A stretch of 64,000 nt of DNA from Octopus bimaculoides (Eukaryota), in contig NC_068981.1 in assembly GCF_001194135.2 (NCBI RefSeq), positions 163,208,351 to 163,272,350 on the forward strand, in the 5' to 3' direction. Numbering within the stretch: position 1 is the first letter of the stretch; the number at the start of each line of letters is the position of its first letter. Both the position numbers and the translations under genes were made by a program. This document shows, one piece after another, positions 50,730-61,800 of this stretch. The notes under the pieces are model-generated. The model had not been told where the DNA came from. It did not search any database and saw nothing but the letters and a program-made list of their open reading frames with translations.

Positions 50730-51760
50730 TGCAGTAAGCTAGCACAAAGAGACAAGTACAAACACAGCCATAACTGTGTCAGTAAAAGAGTGCATTGGGA
50801 TGTTAGCTCAGTGTATGGATTCAAAGTGGCAGAAAAATGGTATGGACACGAGCTGTTGGCCGTGATGGTGAGTAATAATAATAACAGGATTTTGTAGGAT
50901 TTTCCATAAAGATTGATCATTCTTCTGAAGCAAGAAGACTAGATTTGACTGAAGAGAATATAAAAAAAAAAACGACAGAGAGAATTTGCAATACCATATG
51001 ATAACAGAATGGATATGGATAAAATTGAGGAATATCAGGATCTAGTCAGAGACATAGGGAGATTGTGCAAGACAAAGGTAAGGATTATTCCTGTGGTAAC
51101 TGATGCACTTGGCACGGTTCTAGGAAAGTTTGCTTCAGGATTTTTGGCTGTAGGAAATTTTGTCGCAAAACAATTTTGCCACAAGACAAAAGATGAATTG
51201 CTCCCCTTGGCATATAATTGTTTCAACCAATAAGAAGAGATAAAGCAATTTCTTAACTCATTTAAAATTTCTGTATTCCTTTGACAATATTTTATTGTGT
51301 AGCAAAAATGTTTGTGGCAAACTTTCCAAATACAATACAATACTTTCCGGATATTATATATATATATATATATATANNNNNNNNNNTATATATATCGTAA
51401 ATGGAAAGTTTGCCGCAAACATTTTTGCTACACAATAAAATATTGTCAAAGGAAAAAAGAAATTTTAAATGAGTTAAGAAATTACTTTACTCTTTCTTAT
51501 TGATTGAAACAATTATATATCAAGGAGAACAAGTCATCTTTTGTCTTGCAGCAAAATTTCTCATGTGGCAAAAATCTCCATGCGAATTTTCTTGCAGCAA
51601 CAATGTTTGCGGCAAACTTTCAGGGTACGACATGGCATAACACCCAAACTGCTACATATGAGGTTTAAAGGATATGGAAGTTGAAATATTGTCAAGTGGG
51701 AGTAAAATACCATCCTGTACTCAGCAGGAATTTCAAGAAAGATTCTTGAGATGAGAGATC
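50730..51760 (+). mobile_element. Decayed R4/Dong-like LINE 3' region, interrupted by a MITE pair
   Basis: CSKLAQ..YKH.H..V..RVHWD..YG...EKWYGH, AIPYDNRMDMDKIEEYQDLVRDIGRLCKTKVRIIPVVTDALGTV, resuming after the insert with TILYSAGISRKILEM. Confidence 0.8.
51123..51630. mobile_element. Two inverted copies of a ~210-bp MITE around (TA)n and a short gap
   Basis: Arms 51123-51328 and 51402-51621 are reverse complements with scattered mismatches. The right arm has a clear TIR of its own (gaaagtttgccgcaaacatt); the left arm's is degenerate. Confidence 0.85.
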
Positions 51761-51814
51761 TGTTGTCACTAAGCCAAAAGACAACATCCCACCTAACTAA
51801 AGTAGCCTGTAATA

Positions 51815-52030
51815 GCTTTAAATAATAAAGATCCTTTCTACTATAAGCACAAGGCCTGAAATTTTGCAGGAGGGTTTAGTCAATTACATTGCAACCCCAG
51901 TGCTTGAAAGGCAAAATCAATCTCAGCAGCATGTGAACTCAGGAAATAAAGCTGGAAGAAATTCTGCTAAGCATCTTGTCTGGCATGTAAACTATTCTGC
52001 CAGCTCACCACCTTACAAGCATAAGGCATG
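51815..52030 (-). mobile_element. SINE family C
   Basis: aataaagatcctttctactataagcacaaggcctgaaatttt..aggcaaaatcaatctcagcagc..ctgccagctcaccacc. Confidence 0.7.
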
Positions 52031-52457
52031 AAGTTTCAGGGGAGGGAGGCTAGTCAGTTATACCAACTGCAGTACTCAACTGGCACTTATCTGCTGGCTC
52101 ACCACCTTAATAACAACAACAACAACAATGATGATGATAATGGTAATGATAACACAAATACACACGTGCACACAGTGTTCCTAAAGTTTGATATCTGTAA
52201 TTGTAACCATACTTATATACTTATGGAACAATATAAAAGTGAGTATGTGTGTGAGTCTGGAAAGAAGGTGCGGTCATTTAACTGAGAAAACATATCAACA
52301 AAAATTTAAATTAGTAAGTAGCCTTTAGATCATATTTGTCATCTGCGAAGCAGACGTTTTGGCTGCACATTGCATGGCAATTCTTTTATCTATGTTTGGA
52401 TGATATCCTGTTAATAGTGTTTAACTCCAGGCCAGCTTTGACAGGTTAAACTTGTGA

Positions 52458-52686
52458 TTAACCCTCTAGCATTTAAACCAGCCACATTGAGCCAAAATAT
52501 TTTGCCTTCTTTATATTCCAATTGGTTAAATATGGCTCTTCACACCTACTCGACAATGTTCTTCTAAAACTAAACTAACATCATCATCATCAAGATCTCT
52601 AAGCTACAAGATAATTCATGATACATTCAAAACAATGTGAATAAATAAACATTACATTTAACAGAATAATATGTTAAAAGGGTTAA
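52458..52686. mobile_element. piggyBac-like MITE family E, complete
   Basis: TTAAccctctagcat ... atgttaaaagggTTAA (TTAA at both ends, imperfect TIR). Confidence 0.8.
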
Positions 52687-53879
52687 AGGCATTCCAAATA
52701 TGACCATCTCTTCTTTCTCTAATGTGTATGAAACTGAGGACTGTTTTGACTAACATTTCTTTTTTGTAAGATGATGGGGTGTGAAAAGTTTGTGGTTGCT
52801 ATGCATGATGCATGTGGAAAAAAAATGAGATAAAGACAGTGATGAAAGAGAAACAAAGAGAAAGGGGAGAAAATATAGAAGTAGAGGAAGAGAGAGAGAG
52901 GGGGAAAGAGTAAAACAGGGAGAAAGCGAGATACTGAGAGAAATTGAGTGTAAAATCAAAACTCTGGAATTAACAAGACATCAACCATGAGTTCAAACCC
53001 AGCTGAGAATGAAGAACTTTATAATATTCTCCATGTGCCGTCATCATCAAATGTCTCTCTCTAAAAGTTACTGGTACCACTTCAGTGTTTTGCAGCTGTA
53101 GAATTCTGTGCTGCTAAGCCACTACCACAATTACATTAGTAATCCTTCTCTTCTTCCCTTGGATCACAATGAAGACACTACAGAAGTAGATCTGAAATTA
53201 TTAAGAAGTTCTGTGAGGTGGATATATATTAAACACTATTGTTTCCACAGACAACTTACTATGATTGGTCGAGAGGAATGACAAGAAGTGACAAGAGGGA
53301 GAGTATGAGGAGTAATAATGCATGAGGTTATATGTGTGTGTGTGTGAGAGAGAGAGAAAGAGAGAGAGGGGGAGAGAGAAAGAGAGATAGGGGGGAGAGA
53401 GAAAGAGAGATAGGGGGAGAGAGATAGGGGGAGAGATAGGGGGGGAGAGAGAAAGAGAGAGAGGGGGGAGAGAGAAAGAGAGAGAGAGAAACCTCTCTAT
53501 TTGCAAAATGTAGGCTTGCTTGCAAAGCAGTGATGTGGGATTCTTGCCAATTCTAAAGGGATTAGCATTCTCATTAATAAGAGCACAAGACAGCACAGAA
53601 ATGTGACTAATAATTAGAGAAGGACAACAACAAAATCAACAACAATAACAAGCAAAGCTGCAGGCTCAAGTGGGCTTCACTACAGCAAAAATAAGAAATG
53701 TTTCTCAGTAAAGACTGCACTCACAGACTTACATCTCTCTAGTAGCTTCATCTCAGTAATAAGAACAGCTGTGTCAAAGCCGACTCTTCATAAACCTTCA
53801 CTCAACCCCGCCATGTTAATAAGATTTAGAAAAGACTACACAGAAAGTAGCCAAAGAGAAAAGGATAATACTGTAATAA

Positions 53880-54103
53880 CTAACTAAATAAATAATAATA
53901 GTAATTCTAATTTTGGCACAAAGCCAACGGTTTTGAGGGGAACAGGAACTCTGAGTACATCAACTCCAGCAGAATCTGACCAGTACTTTATTTTGTGAAC
54001 CCCAAAATGATTAAAGGTAAAATTTGCCTCAGTGCGACTGGAGCTTGTAATGGAAAGAATCAAAAGACATGCCACCAAGCATTTGGTCCAATGTCCAGCT
54101 CGT

Positions 54104-54142
<39 letters not shown>

Positions 54143-54345
54143 CCTTTCTATTACAGGTAGAAGGCTTGAAATTTTGGGGTGGGGGCTAGTCAATTATATT
54201 AACCCCAGTGCTTGTTTCATCAACCCCAAGAGGATGATAGGCAAAGTCAGCCTCAGCAGGATTTGAACTCAGAACGTAAAGATGAACGAAATGCCACTAA
54301 GAATTTTGCCCAGCAGGCTTACAATTCTGCCAGCTCACTGCCTTT
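53880..54345 (-). mobile_element. Two tandem SINE family C copies with (TTA)n tails
   Basis: ttttggcacaaagcc..accagtactttatttt; and atcctttctattacagg..gatgataggcaaagtcagcctcagcaggatttgaactcagaacg. Confidence 0.75.
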
Positions 54346-54406
<61 letters not shown>

Positions 54407-55319
54407 AACAGTACTGGGTTAATTTCAAGGCAGGGTCCCTGAATGGCTGCAGTTCAGTGACCAAAATAAGTATAAGATAAACAATAAATTAATGCAACAA
54501 CAAATTGATTAATCCAATGCTGAGGTTTCACTCCATTGCTATGCTGGAGTTTCTCATTTCCGTTTTTTTTTTTGTTTTTTTCCCCCTCCACCACACACTC
54601 GCACACATATGGTCATAAGAGTGTGGGGGGGAGAAGGCAGACAGACAGCAAAAATAGCAATTTAGATTAAACAAACTGTGACATATACTGCTCCATTTCT
54701 TTTCATCACCACCAAGTAAGTAGAATCAAAAGACACGAAGCATAAGTTAATAATAACAATAATATTCTGCACTAAATGATGATGGAACAAAAGTTTAATA
54801 AATTATCAAAAATTCATTAAAATAATATCATTAGACAAGCTAAAGTAACCTTTTATCATCAAACTATAAAAAGTATCAAGTCTTCTCTGTACAGAACCAG
54901 ATTGCATATGTACAGTAAAACCTTGTGTTGACCTTTCATAGCAAATAGAAGATTCCAAAATTATCAGAATGTGTGTGTGTGTGTGCGCGTATGTGTTGAT
55001 GCAATTGTATGCATATGTATAAGATTCATGAATACAAAAGTCTATGTGTATGCTTGAGTATGGGCATGAGTATGTGTATTTCTACATGTAAGTTCAATCA
55101 ACTATCTGTGTAGTATGTACATGCATATGCATTTATATTTATATTTATGAATGTGTATGCTTTGTGGATATTTGTGTGTGAATATGTATGCGTGTATATA
55201 TATCTAGATGTACATGTTTATGAAAATTTGTGTGTATATGTTATGAACATCCAGTATATACTAGCATGGAACATGAATGTTAAATAATGATGAATTGTAT
55301 ATATTGCATATGGATAGAT

Positions 55320-55356
<37 letters not shown>

Positions 55357-55650
55357 ATGTATGTATGTATGTATACATGTAAATGCATATATCATTTATG
55401 TATGCACCATGTACACTTAGCAAGTATACTAATGTGTTATGTTGTCTACACAGTATGACTTCATGCATCAGTAAATGAGTACTTCTATGAATTTCTCCTC
55501 CTCCTTTCCCTCCTTTTATTATCTATGCATCTCACATTTAAACACAGTACAGTTGCTTTTGTTGGAGCCAGTATTTCTTGCAAACACACATTTCTACTCT
55601 GCATGTAACATGCCTATTATAAAGTGTAATAAAAATAAGTATTTCTCCTT

Positions 55651-55721
55651 ACATGTGTGATCTGGTCACTGACACTACTTCACTATTTCTGGAACTGTGT
55701 CAATGACCAGGTCACAGATGT
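55651..55721. ncRNA. Candidate pre-miRNA-like hairpin
   Basis: 20-bp arms 55656-55675 and 55697-55716 with one mismatch and one G:U, a 21-nt loop and a 4-bp basal extension. Confidence 0.3.
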
Positions 55722-55759
55722 GGCACAGAACAGTTTTTGAGACATAAAACTATCAATAT

Positions 55760-56130
55760 TATTCTGGCTACAGAGGCGGGTGTGTCAGGGTTTGCGGGGA
55801 AATCTGCCTATGACCTCATGAACCAGCTCTCAATTTCAGGGTTCTTAAGGCAATGGTAAAAGAACTGAGAAGAGTTCCACCTGCAGCTTGTCAAAGAAGA
55901 ATGGAAGTGAATGAACTTCAAAAGGCAAAATTTACCCTGTAAGTGAACCGACTCCTTCAACTTGAACTACTATAACATCGAAAATACCTTAGATCTGGAG
56001 GACCTTAGCTATCCAGGAGGGTTACAATGCAGACAATAACACAGAATGTGGCAGTAGGAGTCATGACCTGGATGCAGCCTGGCTCCTTTAGGGTTAAGTA
56101 GTTAAGGACTATAGCACTTGCCTGAAGTGG
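55760..56130 (+). mobile_element. 3' end of an RLE-clade (HERO/NeSL-like) LINE remnant
   Basis: Translates TEAGVSGFAGKSAYDLMNQLSISG (cf. the VEVG.RGF..S RLE motif), followed by UTR-like sequence. Confidence 0.5.
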
Positions 56131-56496
56131 AAGACCTTCAGAAGAAGAAAACCTGCTGTTCAGCTCTCCTTAGAATTTTTTTTACTAACTGTACATCAAG
56201 ATATGAGTTCAATACTCATCCTTTCAAGCAAAATCAAAGATATAATTGAAATATGTATTGTAATGAGAAAGGAGATCCAGTATGACACTGAAATTGAAGA
56301 TATAATTAAAATATTCTACATAGCAAAGTCATAGAAAACTTATCCTCCTTTAGTTTTTTGAGTCACAAGACTGCAGCCATGCTGGGGCACTACAAGACTG
56401 CAGCCATGCTGGGGCACTATGTTGAATGGCTTAGTGTTAGTCCATTTCTGCCCAATGACCAGAAACATGAAACTCAGTATAATGTTTAGTGAAATG

Positions 56497-56860
56497 TGGC
56501 ACTCCGTCGCTTACGATGTCGAGGGTTCCAGTTGATCAGATCAACAGAACAGCCCGCTCGTGAAATTAACGTGCAATTGGCTGAGCACTCCACAGACACG
56601 TGTACCCTCAACGTAGTTCTTGGGGATATTCAGTGTGACACAGTGTGACAAGGCTGACCCTTTGAATTACAGGCACAACAGAAACAGGAAGTAAGAGTGA
56701 AAGAAAGTTGTGGTGAAAGAGTACAGCAGGGTTCGCCACCATCCCCTGCCGGAGCCTCGTGGAGTTTTAGGTGTTTTCGCTCAATAAACACTCACAACGC
56801 CCGGTCTGGGAATCGAAACCGCAAGTCCGCTGCCCTAACCACTGGGCCATTGCGCCTCCA
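56497..56860 (-). mobile_element. Young tRNA-derived SINE family B, copy 3 (14-bp deletion in head)
   Basis: Nearly identical to the 49983 copy but lacks atgatcctatgacc. Confidence 0.92.
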
Positions 56861-57059
56861 TTCAGACAGCAATAAACAGACTAAAACACTACATAATGTA
56901 GTGAGCAATCTTTATTTGTACTCCACATTTACACGATTCTATTTCGTGCAATACATATGAAATAAAATTGTACTACAAGAACGAAAAATATAAAAAAAAT
57001 AGAAGAGAATTCTTGATGAAAGTGTTTCACTTGTGATACTGTTATCTCTGATCGAGTCA

Positions 57060-57285
57060 TTAAGGAACCTTAGCACATGAGAAAAGGGGAGCATCTACGT
57101 AATTGCTCAATCTGCTAGAAATAGCAGCCAAATCTCTCTTAAATTATAGCCTACCATTTTAGAAAAATGGTATTGCAAAACAGTGGGATAATTTTGCCCC
57201 AGGAACAATGTGCGTAGGAAAAATACGAGATAGCCTTTGATCATGGAGATACTCAATCGGGGCTAACCAGGGGCTAAACAACAAA
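57060..57285 (+). mobile_element. Family D repeat, well preserved
   Basis: ttgctcaatctgctagaaatagcagccaaatctc..cctttgatcatgg..cggggctaaccaggggctaaacaac. Confidence 0.65.
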
Positions 57286-58212
57286 TGAAATTAATATTTT
57301 CTTAAAATTTTAAATTCAACATTTATCAAACAGCTTAAGAAATAGAATATTTTCACAAAGCAATGCGTTCACATGTGCTTGACCAGTTGACCTACAATGC
57401 CAAATACTTCTGCAGTTGATGATAATATTACATTCTTTTGTTCAAAATTAATTTTAAAAAATTCCAGTTGTTGAATAACAAACAACCAATGAATGATTTG
57501 TCGACTTTTATAAAAATAAATCACATTACATTAAAATTTAGAATGCAATCAAATCACCTGCTTCCATTCATTGGAGGGTAGTGTGGAAAGATCAAGTGGG
57601 TAGGAAGGAGGATTTCCAACAGTCAGGTCTATAATTATTTAAAAGGAACAGTAATCATAAATAAATAAACAAATAAAAAAAATTGAAGTTTGCTAGTAAG
57701 GTTTATGTGTGTTGAGTGAATGGTTCAGTGCAAAGCGAGGGGAAGGTGTCCATTAGATAATTAAAAACATCATATTGGAAAAGGGTGGGCTTTTCTTTAC
57801 TTTTCATACCAGAAGAACCTGCAAACTGAGAATTATATTCCTTTTTTGTATTATGTAACTATTACATATTCATTGTTTGCTTTATGCGATGCAGGGACAT
57901 TTAGAGGCCCTTTACAAAATGCTGATTATATGTCTACCTCAATGCTTTGAATTCAGCGTTCCTCCTACCAACTACTGCAAAATCCTTTCAACTAATATCA
58001 CAGATACTTATTTCAGATATATTGCCCTCCCCACCACAAGCATTTGCTCACACTCCCATTAGAAAAGTTTTATTTTTTTCCTCTTTTTCATTTTAATAAA
58101 TCAGTTTAGTAGAGGAAGGCAGGTAGAAGCTATCCTTACACTGGAGTCCTGGCTCAAATGCTTGCAATAGGGTAAACTTAAAGGCACACAGACACAAGAT
58201 GAGGTGGTAGCT

Positions 58213-58423
58213 TTAACCTTTTAGCATTCAGATGTAATTCCTATTTATTCACATTTGTTTCGAATTAATACTGCATTATCTAACAACTTTGAGATTTTGA
58301 TGATCGTTTGTTTTAAAAATGACATTTTAGGGTAGGTGCAAGAGGCTGGATCTAGTCAGTCTGAATACAAAACAGTTAAAATACTTGGGCTGGATATGGT
58401 CAGTGTAAATGCTAAAAGATGAA
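58213..58423. mobile_element. piggyBac-like MITE family E (opposite orientation to 52458)
   Basis: TTAAccttttagcattcag ... gtaaatgctaaaagatgaa. Confidence 0.7.
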
Positions 58424-58968
58424 ACCAGATGATGGATTAAGTGTGCTGCACAGGAACTTTGAAAGCACATTCAGTGGTGAGCTTTGAATTCAGAACACAG
58501 AGGACTGGAATAAATACTACAAAGTTTTTTGACTTATAGTCTAACAATTCAGCTAATTCATCATGTCTTTAATTCTTTGTGAATCAAGACAGAAGCTTGT
58601 ATTGAAATGCTTTTTACTGTTATTTTCAAGGTTTCTTCCTTCCCCTCAAATTATGTTAGAATGTAATATTTTCCAGAAGATTTCAGGTGAATAAGAAAAG
58701 AATTCAAAGTAATTAATTTCATATTTTAATTAAGAATGAGATGAGAGTTCACTATCTTGGATTTTAGTGCTTCATTTAGAAAGACAGAGGTAAAAGGAGA
58801 GCAGAAAAAAGTAAGTTTGGTAATGGTTCTACAGTCTCCTTACTTTCTTACATAATGACTCTCCTTCAAGGATGAAAGGTAGAATTGATCTTGACTCAGA
58901 ATATAGAAAACTCGAAGAGACATAGTGAAATATACTATCCGAGGCTTTAACAACCACACTATTTGCTT

Positions 58969-59041
<73 letters not shown>

Positions 59042-59984
59042 TAAATATAAAATACATCAAGTACAGGACATCACCAACAAGTGAAAATTATGTAGACACA
59101 CAAGGGATAAGTATAGGACAAATTATCAAAAAATATACAATAAGAACAGGACATCACCAACGAGTGAAAAATACGTAAACACATAATGAGAAACAAGTAC
59201 GGAACAAAATAACAAAAGTCTAACCCCTCCTCAGTTGTCGACTGTTAGTTACTCCCTATTTCGAGCTTTGTTACCTTAAAAGATAAAGACTGGCTTGTAG
59301 TTGAAGCAGCTTTAAAGCTTTACTGAATAAGTAAAACAGAGTAGAAATGACTGTAAGCAGGAATTGTAACCACATTAATCTCATTTACCAAAAATTCGCC
59401 TCTTGGTCTACCATTCTCACTACTTTTTATAACTAGGGTGGTGAAGTATCAGAAAAAGCTGCTGTACCAGACTAAAACAAATATCATGAAGCATTTGCAT
59501 TGTGGGCCCAAATTCCTCTTTGGTTCATTTAGCCTTTCATACCTCCTAATTTGATTTGATTAAAATAAGTAGTAATATGATGGAGTTAATTAAATTGACT
59601 ATAAATACTAATCTGCTAAAAAGCAGTGGCATTGATTAAAAGGCAGAATTTAGCCTTAACTCCAACATATATCTTCTGAAAACTCCTCTGAAATGCACAA
59701 CTTGACTAGGATTTCCTCTTTGCCAACAATAAATTTAAACTGAACGTTGAACAATCGCAGTCATTATTTCGTCATTCCATTCTGCCTCAGATGGTCAACA
59801 AGAAATTCACAACAATAATGAAGCATCTCTTATTAATGCAGCCTTGTTGATGCATTCTGCCAATTGCATTATCTGTGACAATTTTAAGTATACATTAATT
59901 ACAACATTTGATGGCATAAATGATGCACAAGGACATTAGACGTACTCCAATTTCAGCAGCACATATCTGTTCTTTTCTTTTTTT

Positions 59985-60160
59985 TTCTTTTTGTTTCAGT
60001 CATTTAACTGTGGCCATGCTGGAGCACGCCTTTTTGTCGAAGAAATTGACCCCCAGGATTTATCCTTTGTAAGCCTGGTGCTTATTCTATCAGTCTCTTC
60101 TGCCAAACTGTTAAGTTACAGGGATGTAAACACACCCACATAAATATATACATACACAGA

Positions 60161-60241
<81 letters not shown>

Positions 60242-60385
60242 AAAACAGATTTCTTTCAGTTTTTGTCTACCAAACCCATTCATAAGGTTCTGGTTGGCCC
60301 AAAATATTTGCCCAAGGCGCTACGCAACAGGACTGAACCTGGAACCATGTGGTTGGGAAGCAAGCTTCTTACCACACAGCCATAC
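59985..60385 (-). mobile_element. SINE family A with long internal (TG)n
   Basis: tgtttcagtcatttaactgtggccatgctggagcac..ttaagttacagggatgtaaac..ggactgaacctggaaccatgtggttgggaagcaagc. Confidence 0.88.
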
Positions 60386-61309
60386 CTGGGTAAGAAAAGA
60401 AGTTTTTTTTTTAGAACATTACAGCTTATGAGAGGCCCAGCTTCACATACAGGAACCAGGATGATTTTTTTTGAGACATATTATTGGTAAAAACTGTTAC
60501 CCCGCCTACCTCAATGCACATTCTTGAATAGAAATTGGGCATGACACCCTTTTCTTCTGGCTAAAATTACTAATGGTTTCTAGAAGAGCTTATAAACAAG
60601 AACAATTTTTTCAACACTAATCAAATAGATAAAAATTGCAAAACTGTATAGGGACCCAACTACAAAATGAAAAATGAGGGAAAAATAGGAATTTTTTATT
60701 TACTTCTACATTTATTTTTATTAATATCCATAGTAAACTTCATTTTATTTGTTATTTGTTTTGTTCTTTCTTTATTGTGTGAATGTATATCTGTTTCTAA
60801 TAACTAATAACATTTGGCAGTTGAGAAACATGTCAGATTATTTACTATGAAGGTTACACAATGTCAAATCTTTCTAACTATACTTTAAATATCGCACAAC
60901 TTGGCATTGATGAAAATTATCAGTTGGCTCAAAATATTAAACTACACCCCCCACCTACTCTGAATAGGTTAATTTTTCACACTTGTCATTATCAGATATC
61001 CAAAATCAGAAACTGATCATTTACAGCAACAAAATAATAAACAAATAATTTTCAAAAAACAAAAAAACAAAAAAAAAAACACCAACCTCTTACCTCTGCA
61101 CAATCTCCTTTATAAGAACATCATAATACAAAACAATAACACAACTGAATATCATGTGTTCCATAACAGTAAGTACAGTTTTAAGTAAAAGATATCCCAC
61201 ATAAATCAGCTGGCCAACAGGCTGGCTAAGTTGGAAGATGTGGAGGAATAAATGCAGCCGACTGAGTGAGCAACGATGCAGTTTTCAGCCGAAAGGCTTT
61301 CCTTTACGT

Positions 61310-61662
61310 CTTTTTCTTTTACTGGTTTCAGTCATTTGACCATGGCCATGGTGGAGCACTGCCTTTAGTCAAACAAATTGACCCCAGGTCTTAATCTTTG
61401 TAAGCCTAGTATTTATTCTATCGGTCTCTTTTGTTATGGGGACATTAAACACACCAGCATCGGTTGTCAAGCAATAGTAGGGGAACAAATACATACATAC
61501 TTATAGATATACGATGGGCTTCTTTCAGTTTCTGTCTACCAAATCCACACACAAGGCTTTGGTTGGCCCGAGGCTATAGTAGAAAGCACTTGCCCAAGGT
61601 ATCACGCAGTGGGACTGAACCTGGAACCATGTGGTTGGGAAGCAGCCACTCCTGCGCCTAGC
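61310..61662 (-). mobile_element. SINE family A
   Basis: ggtttcagtcatttgaccatggcc..gaccccagg..catcggttgtcaagc..ggctatagtagaaagcacttgccc..gggactgaacctgg. Confidence 0.88.
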
Positions 61663-61679
61663 TTCTCAACACACAGTCA

Positions 61680-61800
61680 CTCTTGGATTTAGGGGTACAA
61701 GTAACCAAGTCTACTTTGATATGCCACCATTTGTTAAAGAGAACAGATGAAAGTGAGTTCTTATTGAAGATCACGGCAATATACAACACAGACCTGGCAC
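61680..61800 (+). mobile_element. Possible CR1/L2-type RT remnant
   Basis: Translates DLGVQVTKSTLICHH (cf. KDLGV.V...L...H). This is the only motif. Confidence 0.25.

Noticed and set aside
59221-59270. Hammerhead-like words on minus (cGAAA..GTC..CTGAGGAG)
   Set aside because: Only 5 nt lie between the cleavage triplet and CUGA, and stems II and III are too weak for any hammerhead topology.
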